Source: Candidatus Aenigmatarchaeota archaeon (GTDB lineage Archaea; Aenigmatarchaeota; Aenigmatarchaeia; GW2011-AR5; JAHLMP01). Taken from it: 64,000 nucleotides of DNA. Made by a program: the position numbers and the translations under genes. Shown in pieces: positions 19,230 to 28,832 of the stretch; position 1 is the first letter of the stretch; each line of letters begins with the position of its first letter. Location: positions 48,075 through 112,074 of the forward strand of contig JAHLMP010000002.1 in assembly GCA_018920315.1 (NCBI GenBank). Direction: 5' to 3'. The notes beneath the pieces were generated by a model. That model worked only from the letters and a program-made list of their open reading frames with translations. It was not told where the DNA came from and did not search any database.

Positions 19230-19727
19230 ATGAGTAAAAAGGTAACGCGAGAAATAAAAGAAATTATAGAAGAATTATATCAATTAGGCTATAGTTACAA
19301 AGAAATAAGTGAGATAGTGGGATTATCACCTTCTACAACATATAAATACATTCTACTAAGAAGAAAGGGAGTAGATTCTAACGTAACATATGCAGATTAT
19401 TTTGCTAGAGAAAAAGGATTCAAATCATATAAGGAATATAAAACGTACTTAGCAAGAAAAAATGGGTACGAATCTTACGGTCTTTATCTAATTGATCAAG
19501 ATGTTGAAAGATCTAAAAGAAATAGAAAATTAGGAAATCTGATAAAAGAAAGATTAGAAACTCTAGAAAAAAATCCAAAATGGCTTGCCAGAAAGCTAGG
19601 AGTTTCTAGAAGAACTGTTTATCAATATCTAGAAGGCACAAGGTTTCCTTCAAAAGAAATATTGCCAAGCTTGTTTGAAGTTTTAGGATTACCTTATCAA
19701 ATTCTAGAAGAGATAAGCGAAGAATGA
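19230..19727 (+). CDS. Double-HTH DNA-binding protein with internal short repeats
   Basis: N-terminal GYSYKEISEIVGLSPSTTY HTH; C-terminal XRE-like LARKLGVSRRTVYQY.EG.RFP. Confidence 0.75.
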   Translation: MSKKVTREIKEIIEELYQLGYSYKEISEIVGLSPSTTYKYILLRRKGVDSNVTYADYFAREKGFKSYKEYKTYLARKNGYESYGLYLIDQDVERSKRNRKLGNLIKERLETLEKNPKWLARKLGVSRRTVYQYLEGTRFPSKEILPSLFEVLGLPYQILEEISEE

Positions 19728-19833
19728 GCATTAATCAAAAAGAAGAAGTATAAATTATCTAAAGAAGCGATTTAGTCCAAAAATGGAAATTCGATTTTAA
19801 ACTTTATAAAATCTCGAAAATAAAAGATAAAAT

Positions 19834-20661
19834 ATGATGCTTGAAATCTTTGGCGTGAACGCTTTTTTTGCTCTTGCTATCGCAACTGCTCTTTCTGGCA
19901 CGCTAATCGCTGGAGTTTGGGATTTGTTAACTACCGAGATTCCAGATGAGATTCCTTATTTCATGGCTTCCTTTGGAATTTTTCTTTGGTTTATTTACAT
20001 GCTAAAAACTGGAAGCACAATAGAATTTCTAACATCGCTTTTTATCGGTAGCATTTTCTTAATCTATGGTTATGTTTTGTATAAAACTGGTCAATGGGGC
20101 AGCGGCGATAGCGCTTTGTTAGCAAGCATTGGCTATCTTTTACCCGTAATTCCCAGAATAGATTTCTTCCCGCTCCATTTTTTCATAAATCTTTATGTTG
20201 CTGGCGCTTTTTGGATTATAATCTACTCTTTAGCAGCAGGGCTTGCTTTTAAACAAGCAAGAAAAAAGATTCTTAAGAGCTTGAGAAATAATTTGAGAGC
20301 CAAACTTTCGGTAGCTTTTTCGATAATGTTTTTCATTCTATCCTTTTTCGATAAAAATATGCTACTTGCTTCTCTCTTATTTCTTCTTCTCCTATTTTAC
20401 GATTATGGAAAGTTAGTAGAAAGGTATGTTTTTAGAAGAAGAATACATGCATCTAAATTAAAGGTTGGCGATGTTTTAGCAAACTCTAAACTTTGGGTTG
20501 GCGTAACCGAAGACGAAATAAAAGAAATAAGAAAAAAACACGGATTTGTTGAAATAAAGGAAGGCGTGAGATTCGGTTTGGCGTTTTTCATTGCATTGCT
20601 TTTCACTTTGATATTCAATGGAAGCCAGATAGTGAATTTTTATCTTTCGATTCTATTTTGA
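19834..20661 (+). CDS. Prepilin/preflagellin peptidase (A24, FlaK/PibD-like)
   Basis: WDL..TEIPD and GSGD catalytic aspartates, TM helices, C-terminal EGVRF. Confidence 0.8.
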   Translation: MMLEIFGVNAFFALAIATALSGTLIAGVWDLLTTEIPDEIPYFMASFGIFLWFIYMLKTGSTIEFLTSLFIGSIFLIYGYVLYKTGQWGSGDSALLASIGYLLPVIPRIDFFPLHFFINLYVAGAFWIIIYSLAAGLAFKQARKKILKSLRNNLRAKLSVAFSIMFFILSFFDKNMLLASLLFLLLLFYDYGKLVERYVFRRRIHASKLKVGDVLANSKLWVGVTEDEIKEIRKKHGFVEIKEGVRFGLAFFIALLFTLIFNGSQIVNFYLSILF

Positions 20662-20803
20662 TTTTTAAGCCAAATATTCTTAATCAAAGTCTTATATTTT
20701 TTCTTAAAGGCTTTACATTTGAAAAATTCTGAAATACTAAATAGATTAATAAATCTAAAGAAAATAGTAATAAATAGTGAAACAATTTTAAGTTGATGTA
20801 GAA

Positions 20804-21835
20804 ATGATTACGAAATTGCCATATAAAATAATGATAGAAGAGCAATGTAAAGGAAAACTCTTAGATTTTTTCAGAGAATTTGAATCAATAAATAGAATAG
20901 CCATAATCTGCGGTGAAAATACATTTAGCGTAATAGGAGAAGATGTCAAAGAAGAGCTTAAGAGTGAATATAAAGCGGATACATTCCTCGTAAATTCAGA
21001 TTTTGGAGAAAAAGAACTAATAGAAAAGCTTTCTAAGGACATAGGGGGTTATGATATTGTTATTGGCATTGGAGGAGGTAGAAACATAGATATAGCAAAA
21101 TATTCTTCATTGCTCGCAAAAGTTCCTTGGGTAGCATTTCCTACAGTGCTTTCTCATGACGGAGTAGTTTCTTCAAGAGCTTCTATAAAATCCAATGGAA
21201 AAAGAATTTCTATTCAGGCACAAGAGCCGATAGGAATTATAATAGATTTAGATATTGTTAGAAAAGCTCCTTATAGAAATATTGCAGCAGGTTTTGGTGA
21301 TTTGATAAGTAATATAATAGCTGTAGAGGACTGGAAACTTGCAGCTAAAAGAGGAAAGGAAAGGTATCACACCCTAATAGGAGAGCTTTCTTTACTTTCA
21401 GCAAGAGCTGTTATAGAGCATGTAGATGAGATAAGAAGTTTAGATCTTCATGGCTTAGAAGTTCTTGCTTGGTCTTTAATATGCTCCGGATTTGCAATGA
21501 ATATCTATGGCTCTTCTCGACCATGCTCAGGAAGTGAGCACAACTTTTCTCATGCATTAGATGAGCTTGGAAGTAATGCTTTGCACGGAGAGCAATGTGC
21601 TTTGGGTACAATAATAATGAGCTATTTGCATAATAAGGATTGGAAAGAAATAAGAGATATTATAAAAAGAGTAGGGCTTCCAACCAGTGCTAAAGAGATT
21701 GGAATAAGTGAAGATGTTTTAGTAAAAGCTTTGGTTATTGCAAAGCATGTAAGAGAAAGATATACTATACTTGATGAAGTTGATATTAATGAAGATTATG
21801 CAAGAAGAATATTAAAGGAGGTTGAAATAATCTAG
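20804..21835 (+). CDS. egsA: sn-glycerol-1-phosphate dehydrogenase
   Basis: GIGGGRNIDIAK, PT..SHDG..S, SSRPCSGSEH.FSH, LHGEQ. Confidence 0.93.
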   Translation: MITKLPYKIMIEEQCKGKLLDFFREFESINRIAIICGENTFSVIGEDVKEELKSEYKADTFLVNSDFGEKELIEKLSKDIGGYDIVIGIGGGRNIDIAKYSSLLAKVPWVAFPTVLSHDGVVSSRASIKSNGKRISIQAQEPIGIIIDLDIVRKAPYRNIAAGFGDLISNIIAVEDWKLAAKRGKERYHTLIGELSLLSARAVIEHVDEIRSLDLHGLEVLAWSLICSGFAMNIYGSSRPCSGSEHNFSHALDELGSNALHGEQCALGTIIMSYLHNKDWKEIRDIIKRVGLPTSAKEIGISEDVLVKALVIAKHVRERYTILDEVDINEDYARRILKEVEII

Positions 21836-21869
21836 AAAGTTTAAAGGAATTTGAAATAATCTAGAAAAT
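21812..21869. repeat. 2 x 29 bp tandem duplication (3 mismatches) of the last codons and stop of egsA
   Basis: TTAAAGGAGGTTGAAATAATCTAGAAAGT / TTAAAGGAATTTGAAATAATCTAGAAAAT. Confidence 0.9.
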
Positions 21870-21871
21870 TT

Positions 21872-22657
21872 TCATCTCTTATTTTTCAACTTTCTTCTTT
21901 TTAAACTCTTTATCGCTTTAACTATCTCTATTGATTTTTTTATATCCTTCTCTATTATAGTTCCTGTGACAATTATATCTGCACCAGCTATTATAGCATT
22001 CTTTGCTTGCTCCTCTGTCTTTATTCCCCCACCAACTATCAAAGGAATATCTATCTCATGTTTTACCGCTTTTATCATCTCCAGAGGAACTGGTTCGTAG
22101 GCTCCAGAACCAGCTTCTAAGTAAACTAATCTCATACCCATATATTGAGCTGCTAAAGCATATCCTATAGCTTTATCTATCTCATCCCTTTTAATAAGCT
22201 CAGCATTCTTTCCTACCGTCATTCCTGGCTCAATTATAATATAACCAACAGGTATTGGTTCTATCCCATAAATTTTAATTAATCTTGCTCCAATTGATTG
22301 ATATCCTGTAGCAAAGCGCATATCCTTTGAGTTCATCAAGCATAGAAAAAAGACTGCATGCGCATGCTTGCTCACGCCTGTTTCTGGATTTCCAGGAAAT
22401 AAAATTATAGGCAAAGAGCAAGATTCTTTTATAGATATTATAACTTTGTCCAAAAAGCTATTTTTAACACCACTGGAGCCTCCTACCATAATTGCATCAG
22501 TTCCAGCATCCTCTAACTTACTTACAGCATCTATAACGTATTCAATTTTAGTTTTCGAAGGATCAGGATCTATAAGAGAGAAGTGAAGAGGTTTGTTCTT
22601 CAATTTTTTCATAATATACTTTTCAACGCTTCTCGATTTTTTCAATGTATTTTTCAT
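21872..22657 (-). CDS. Geranylgeranylglyceryl phosphate synthase (GGGPS)
   Basis: LIDPD, DAIMVGGS, ILFPG, YLEAGSGA, IVGGGI, VTGT. Confidence 0.93.
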   Translation of the reverse strand: MKNTLKKSRSVEKYIMKKLKNKPLHFSLIDPDPSKTKIEYVIDAVSKLEDAGTDAIMVGGSSGVKNSFLDKVIISIKESCSLPIILFPGNPETGVSKHAHAVFFLCLMNSKDMRFATGYQSIGARLIKIYGIEPIPVGYIIIEPGMTVGKNAELIKRDEIDKAIGYALAAQYMGMRLVYLEAGSGAYEPVPLEMIKAVKHEIDIPLIVGGGIKTEEQAKNAIIAGADIIVTGTIIEKDIKKSIEIVKAIKSLKRRKLKNKR

Positions 22658-22772
22658 ATAACAATAATATTGAAAAAGAAAATTTAAGTTTTGTAAGTTT
22701 AATTTTATCAGATTTTTAACTTTTTGCTTTTAATATTTTGTTTTAAAATTTTATAGGTTGCTAAACCCATTT

Positions 22773-25262
22773 TCATCTCTTATAAATTTTATCAATAACT
22801 TTAGATACGGAAATGCTCATAATGATAGAGAATATTCCTACGAAAAACAAAATTCCAAATTCTTTAAGAGTTAAAGGTATGGAATAGAAATAAACGTTAA
22901 AAGGAGAGTACAAGATTAAAAATTGTAAAAAGATAGAAAATATAATAGAAGCTAAGAGCAATTTGTTTTCTAGCCAATATTTCAAACCAATTGTTTTATC
23001 ATTTATTTTTATTGTTATTATTCTTATTATCTCGAAGAATACAAAACCAGAAAATACTATAGTTCTAATTTCCTCTTCACCTTTGCTCAATGAGCCAGCG
23101 AGGAGTATCGCAAAACCAAGGACTATTCCTAACGAGAAAATATTTGTTATTGTTTTATTGTCAAGGAACCCCTCGCTTTTCTTTCTTGGCCTTCTTTTCA
23201 TTATCTCTGGTTCTGCTGGCTCGAAAGATAAGGCTAAAGCTGGCAACCCATCTGTAACTAGATTTATCCAAAGTATTTGAATAGGATAAAGAAGAATAAA
23301 TGGCAAAAATAATAAAGATAGAAGAACAACAAAAACCTCTGCTATGTTGCAGCTAAATAAATATATAATAAATTTTTTCATGTTGTCATAAATTCTTCTA
23401 CCTTCTTTTATTGCATTTCTTATACTTGCAAAGTTGTCATCAAGTAAAATAATATCACTCGCCTCTTTCGCAACCTCTGTTCCTTTTATTCCCATAGCAA
23501 TTCCTACGTCAGCTTTTTTCAAAGCTAAAGCATCATTAACGCCATCTCCTGTCATCGCAACAGAATAGCCTTTCTTTTTGAGAGCGTCTAAAATTTTTAA
23601 TTTGTGGAAAGGATTCGTTCTAGCAAATACATTAACTCCTTTTTCTAAATTCTCGATAATATCTTTCTCATCCATCTTTTCTAATTCATTGCCACGTATA
23701 GCTCCATTAGTTATTAATCCTATTTCTCTTGCTACTGCTAGAGCTGTTGCTTCATTATCTCCAGTAATCATTATAACCCTAATTCCGGCAGAGTAGCATT
23801 CTTCTATTGCTTCTTTAACTTCCTTTCTTGGAGGATCTGTCAACAAAACCAATGCAACAAAAATCAAATCCTTTTCCTCAAGCTCCTGTTCTTTATAGGC
23901 TAAAGCTAAAACCCTATAAGTTTTTGATGCAAACTCTTCATTTTTTTCTAGTATCTTTCTTTTTAGTTCTTCATCCAAGTCTACGATAGCTTCTCCTAAT
24001 AATGCCTTGCTACATTTTGATAAAATAACTTCTGGAGCACCCTTTGAAAATAAAATTCGCTTGTTTTCATTCTCGCACAAAACACTCATCATTTTTCTTT
24101 CTGATGTAAAATGAATTTCATCAACCTTTCTATACTCCTCGTATTTTATTCTCTCCATAGAAAATTCTTTTAATGCGATATCAGTTTCATCTCCAATCAA
24201 AACATCTTTATTATTAATCTTTGCTATGTTAGCATTATTACAATAATAGCAAATTTTTATCGCAATCTCCTTTGCTTTTTCACTCTCTTCTAAAAACCAA
24301 AGATCCTTAACCTTCATCTTACCTTCAGTTAATGTTCCGGTTTTATCTGTGCAAATTACATCAACAGAACCAATAGATTCTGTAACTGCAAGCCTTCTAA
24401 TTAAAGCATTTCTTTTTGCCATCTCGTGAGATGCTAATGCTAGAGTAGCAGTAATAACAGCAGGCAAGCTTTCCGGAATAGCAGCAACTGCTAAAGATAC
24501 AGAAAGAAGAAAAGCTTCTAAGCTACCGAATTTTTTAAAGGAGATTAAGAATGTTAGAATGATTATTAAGATAGTTAGTCTAACTATTGTTTTTGTAAAT
24601 CTTTTTAGCTCTTTTTGGAAAGGCGTTTCTTCTTCTTTCATCTCTTGCATCTCTTTTGCTATTTTACCTATTTCTGTTTTCATACCTGTTGCAAAAACCT
24701 TAGCGATTGCCTTGCCAACAAAAACATGACAACCAGAAAAAATGTTATCGCCTTCTCTCTTTTTTACAGATCTGGATTCTCCTGTCAGTGGAGATTCATC
24801 TACTTCTAAGCTTCCTTCCAAAATTGTAGCATCTGCAGGAATTATATCTCCTCCATCAACAACAATTAAATCATCTGGTACAACTTCAGCGCTTTCGATT
24901 TCAATTATTTTTCCTTCTCTTATTACCCTTGCTCTTGGAGCAGCTATTTTTTTCAAGGCTTCTATAGCTTTCTCAGCCTTATATTCTTGCACAAAGCCAG
25001 CAAAAGCAGATATTAGAATCACAATTAAAATTAAGAAAGAATCTATAAACTCCTCTCCTCCAATAAAATTTACATAGAATGAAATCATAGAGGCGAATAT
25101 CATTAGTAATATTATAGGGGATTTAAATTGAGAAGCGAAGATTTTGATGGGCGATACTTTCTCACTTTCTTTTATTTCGTTTCTTCCATAGATCTCTATT
25201 CTTTTTTTCGCTTCTTCAAGAGATAATCCATAAAAGCTTTCTAGATACACCATTATTTTCAC
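22773..25262 (-). CDS. Cation-transporting P-type ATPase (type II, Ca2+-like)
   Basis: TGES, IPE.L, DKTGT, KGAPE, TGDGVND, WINLVTD. Confidence 0.95.
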   Translation of the reverse strand: MKIMVYLESFYGLSLEEAKKRIEIYGRNEIKESEKVSPIKIFASQFKSPIILLMIFASMISFYVNFIGGEEFIDSFLILIVILISAFAGFVQEYKAEKAIEALKKIAAPRARVIREGKIIEIESAEVVPDDLIVVDGGDIIPADATILEGSLEVDESPLTGESRSVKKREGDNIFSGCHVFVGKAIAKVFATGMKTEIGKIAKEMQEMKEEETPFQKELKRFTKTIVRLTILIIILTFLISFKKFGSLEAFLLSVSLAVAAIPESLPAVITATLALASHEMAKRNALIRRLAVTESIGSVDVICTDKTGTLTEGKMKVKDLWFLEESEKAKEIAIKICYYCNNANIAKINNKDVLIGDETDIALKEFSMERIKYEEYRKVDEIHFTSERKMMSVLCENENKRILFSKGAPEVILSKCSKALLGEAIVDLDEELKRKILEKNEEFASKTYRVLALAYKEQELEEKDLIFVALVLLTDPPRKEVKEAIEECYSAGIRVIMITGDNEATALAVAREIGLITNGAIRGNELEKMDEKDIIENLEKGVNVFARTNPFHKLKILDALKKKGYSVAMTGDGVNDALALKKADVGIAMGIKGTEVAKEASDIILLDDNFASIRNAIKEGRRIYDNMKKFIIYLFSCNIAEVFVVLLSLLFLPFILLYPIQILWINLVTDGLPALALSFEPAEPEIMKRRPRKKSEGFLDNKTITNIFSLGIVLGFAILLAGSLSKGEEEIRTIVFSGFVFFEIIRIITIKINDKTIGLKYWLENKLLLASIIFSIFLQFLILYSPFNVYFYSIPLTLKEFGILFFVGIFSIIMSISVSKVIDKIYKR

Positions 25263-25338
25263 TCTATTTTTGATTTATCTTTTCAATCTTTGATCAATTT
25301 AATAATATTAAATTTTCAATTTTTATATTCTCAATATT

Positions 25339-25842
25339 TTATATTCTCGTCACTTCTTCAAAGCTCTTTATCTTCTTCTCGCTTGGTTTTTCATCAGGAT
25401 AGCCCAAAGCTATGTTCGCAAGCACTCTATACTTTGTAGAAATTTTTAAAACCTTTCTTACATAATCTTCTCTTTCTTTGTTTTCTGGCGAGTAAACAGC
25501 GTTCCAGCAAGTTGCTAATCCCAAATCTGTAGCTCTTAGCATTAGAAGCATAATAGCGCAGCTCAAATCTTCTACCCAATGTCTCGGACTCTTTTCTTCT
25601 TCTGCTAATGCTACTATTACTACAGGAGCATTAGCCAAAAAAGCTGAATAAGGCTGAGTTTTACTTAAAGCAAGAATCTTTTCTCTATCTTTTACGATCA
25701 AAAACTTCCAAGGTTGAGAATTTCTTGAAGAAGGGGCATAGCAAGCTGCTTCTATACATTTCTTTATTAATTCATCACTTGGAGCTTCTTTCTTGTATTT
25801 TCTTATGCTTCTTCTTTTCTTTATCACTTCAAGAAGTTCCAT
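25339..25842 (-). CDS. Nitroreductase family protein
   Basis: KRRSIRKY, APSSRNSQPWKF, GLATCW, LGYP. Confidence 0.93.
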   Translation of the reverse strand: MELLEVIKKRRSIRKYKKEAPSDELIKKCIEAACYAPSSRNSQPWKFLIVKDREKILALSKTQPYSAFLANAPVVIVALAEEEKSPRHWVEDLSCAIMLLMLRATDLGLATCWNAVYSPENKEREDYVRKVLKISTKYRVLANIALGYPDEKPSEKKIKSFEEVTRI

Positions 25843-25933
25843 ATTATTTCTAAAGATTCTTAAATCTTAAAATTTATTTTCGGTAAATTTTTAATAAAAG
25901 TTTTTATTAAGACATACTATAAAAATTAAGATA

Positions 25934-26881
25934 ATGGAAGCTTACTACAAAGATTCAGAAAAATCGAAACATTCTTTAAAAAATAAAAAGTTTTTACTTT
26001 TCGTTATCATAGTATCAATCTTATCAACCTATATTTTCTTTTCAATAATATGGAGCAATATTAATTTTGAAAAAATTCTGTCTGCAGCTGTTGTTGGAAA
26101 GATAGAAAAGGAAAAATTACAAGAAAAAATTACGAAAGAGGTTCTTGGAAATAAATTAGTTACAAAGGTTATAGACGGAGATACTGTAATCATTGAAGGT
26201 GGTTATACTATAAGATTGCTTGGAATAGATGCAGATGAGGTAGGATATCCTTGTTACGAAGCTGCTAAGAAAAGGTTGGAAGAATTGGTTTTAAATAAAT
26301 ATGTTTTTCTCGAGGCTGGTTCAAAAGATAAAGATGAATATAACAGATACTTGCGATTTTTGATTATCAATGGAGAAAATATAAACATAAAATTAGTCAA
26401 AGAAGGGCTTGCAATAGCCAGATTTCAAGATGAAAATGAAAAGTATAGAGAAGATATAATTAAAGCAGAAAAGGAAGCTAGAGAAAACAAGAAAGGTTGT
26501 AAATGGGGAGAAAAGAAAACAATTTTAACAACATCTACAATTGTTGATGCTATAAAAAGCATTAACCAAAGTTTAAATAAAAGTGATGAAATCTTAGCTT
26601 GCGATGCAAAAAATTACATTGGAGAGAATAAGACAGTTGTTGGAAAGATCGTAAGCTCTTCGCGAAGCAAAACAAATACAATATTTTTAAATTTTGAAAA
26701 AACATATCCTAACCAATGCTTTACTGCAGTAATTTTTTCTTCGGATTTATCAAAATTTCCAGAAATGCCAGAAAAATATTACTATGGCAAAATTGTAAGA
26801 GTAAAAGGAAAGATTACAGAATATCAGGGAAAGCCAGAAATAATTTTGAAAGATCCAAAACAAATAGAGATTATAGAATGA
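25934..26881 (+). CDS. Membrane-anchored thermonuclease (SNase) with C-terminal OB-fold
   Basis: N-terminal TM; VIDGDT, IRLLGIDA.E, D.YNRYL; C-terminal FLNF..YP..FTAVIF...GKPEI. Confidence 0.88.
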   Translation: MEAYYKDSEKSKHSLKNKKFLLFVIIVSILSTYIFFSIIWSNINFEKILSAAVVGKIEKEKLQEKITKEVLGNKLVTKVIDGDTVIIEGGYTIRLLGIDADEVGYPCYEAAKKRLEELVLNKYVFLEAGSKDKDEYNRYLRFLIINGENINIKLVKEGLAIARFQDENEKYREDIIKAEKEARENKKGCKWGEKKTILTTSTIVDAIKSINQSLNKSDEILACDAKNYIGENKTVVGKIVSSSRSKTNTIFLNFEKTYPNQCFTAVIFSSDLSKFPEMPEKYYYGKIVRVKGKITEYQGKPEIILKDPKQIEIIE

Positions 26882-26954
26882 ATAGAAGATGAGTTTTGAT
26901 TAAAATTCTTTATAAATTCACCACAAATTAAAATTCTTAGCATAATAAAAAATT

Positions 26955-27428
26955 ATGCAAATTTATTGGAAAATTCCTCCGAAAGTAAAGATTTATGAAG
27001 CTTTGGGATGCATAGCTGATAATCATGTAGAGTTTATATCTGAAAAAGAGGCTATTGTTACTAGTAGCGAAGGAAATAGAAAGTATCACGTGAGTTTTGA
27101 TTTAGAAAATAATTTTATAAATAGCGATGACAATGGCTCTAAGTTTAAAGGCTATCTTGGATATCCTTCTATCGCTGTTTTAATGCTTAAAGGTATTTTA
27201 CCTTTTGACAAAAGAATAAGCGATGCATTGAAAGGAATAAAATGGAAAAGACTTAATGATAAGTTTAAAGATTATAATAAAACTATAGAGGAAGCTTTGA
27301 GAATAGCAAAAGAAAGAGGAGTTGATGAGAAAGAAATAGAAAATTTTGTTTCTCAAGTAATGTATGAGATAAAATCAAAAAAATTTGTAAGATTCCTTTC
27401 TAAAGGAAAGCAAAAAACTTTACTATAG
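26955..27428 (+). CDS. Conserved-looking hypothetical protein
   Basis: WKIPP..KIYEALG, SDDNGS...GYLGYPSIA; ends KQKTLL. Confidence 0.7.
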   Translation: MQIYWKIPPKVKIYEALGCIADNHVEFISEKEAIVTSSEGNRKYHVSFDLENNFINSDDNGSKFKGYLGYPSIAVLMLKGILPFDKRISDALKGIKWKRLNDKFKDYNKTIEEALRIAKERGVDEKEIENFVSQVMYEIKSKKFVRFLSKGKQKTLL

Positions 27429-27472
27429 TGTGAGATTTTAATTTTCAATCTTATATAGAGCTCAACTCTTTA

Positions 27473-28303
27473 TTAACTCTGGGCTAATATTCCTACAAGA
27501 AATGCTATTATGGCTATAAGCATCGCAAACTTACTAATCTTTTGATTCTTTTTTGGCTCTTGAAAAATTGAATAAATAAACAACAAATCTGCAATTAAAA
27601 CTATTGCGATATATTCATAACTAAAAAATCCAAGTAAGAAAGGAAGTGGAGAGAGTATTACAGCAAGAATAATAAATGAACTTGCAATAAATCTAGAAAA
27701 TTTAACAGAAGTTATTATTGGCAAAGTCTTTAATCCAAGCTTCTTATCTCCATTTAAATCTTCTATGTCTCCAAAAATCTCTCTTCCAATATTAGCAAAG
27801 AAGGAAAGCAAGGAAAAAATGAATATCAAATAAAAATTATCAGCAATGATAAGCTCCTTTCCTAAGGATGCGAGATAGCCATAGATAAATGTAGATGCTA
27901 CAAACCAGCTATCTGTAGCATTTCCAATTAATGCTATCCTTTTTAAATTTCTCGCATAGAAAAATTCGAGAAAAGAGTTTATAATAGCCAGTGCAAAACA
28001 ATAAATATTGATAAGCGAAGCTATCGCTGTTCCTATAATGAATAAAAATAGAGCATAAATCTTTGCAAATTTTTTAGAAATTCTCCCGCTTGGCAATGGT
28101 CTATGAGGAGCATTTATCTTATCTATTTCATAATCATAATAATCATTTGTTACAATACCTGCAGAAGATATTAATGCTACAGACGCAATAGCTAAAACTA
28201 AATTTAAAATAGTAGCTTTAGATGCAATCGCTCCTATCATTACTCCTAAAGCAGAAAGAAATACTATAGATGGTCTTATAATTTCAATATATTCTTTCAT
28301 CAA
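27473..28303 (-). CDS. UbiA-family prenyltransferase, digeranylgeranylglyceryl phosphate synthase-like
   Basis: NDYYDYEIDKIN.P.RPLPSG, REI.GDIED..GD. Confidence 0.88.
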   Translation of the reverse strand: MMKEYIEIIRPSIVFLSALGVMIGAIASKATILNLVLAIASVALISSAGIVTNDYYDYEIDKINAPHRPLPSGRISKKFAKIYALFLFIIGTAIASLINIYCFALAIINSFLEFFYARNLKRIALIGNATDSWFVASTFIYGYLASLGKELIIADNFYLIFIFSLLSFFANIGREIFGDIEDLNGDKKLGLKTLPIITSVKFSRFIASSFIILAVILSPLPFLLGFFSYEYIAIVLIADLLFIYSIFQEPKKNQKISKFAMLIAIIAFLVGILAQS

Positions 28304-28422
28304 ATTTTATTATAATAAATTAGATTTAAATAGAAATTTCTAACTAAAATGAAATTTTTAGCTTTGTGATAATCTTTCAATATAACAATTTCAAAGGCAG
28401 TTCTCAATTTCAAAAGTAATTC

Positions 28423-28725
28423 TCAAATTTTTGAATATAATAATTTTCTAACCCTTTCTACATCTTCTTTGCGATTAGCTTTCTGATACGCTCTTGATGC
28501 TATTTCATAAAGGCCTGCCCTTTCAGCTATTATTCCAGCTTTCTTAAAATTTCTTTCCCTTTCCAGAACTCTTATAGCGTCTATAACATAACTTTTTCCT
28601 ACATCTTTTCCTTCACTAAGAAGCTGAAGAACAATATCTGGTAAATGTTTTTCATCTACTTCATCTAATAAACTTTCTAAATTTTCATATCTTTTTGTAG
28701 TGCTTCCCATAATTTTATAATTCAA
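28423..28725 (-). CDS. Hypothetical helical (TPR-like) protein
   Basis: FKKAGIIAERAGLYEIA..AYQKA pattern; non-ATG start. Confidence 0.5.
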   Translation of the reverse strand: MNYKIMGSTTKRYENLESLLDEVDEKHLPDIVLQLLSEGKDVGKSYVIDAIRVLERERNFKKAGIIAERAGLYEIASRAYQKANRKEDVERVRKLLYSKI

Positions 28726-28832
28726 GAGTTAAGATTAAATTTCTAATTTTAATTTTAGTTCTATGATTATTATTCTATAATATAAAATTTTTTAATTACT
28801 CTTTATTTTTCGCGTTTCCATTTCTTTCTACG

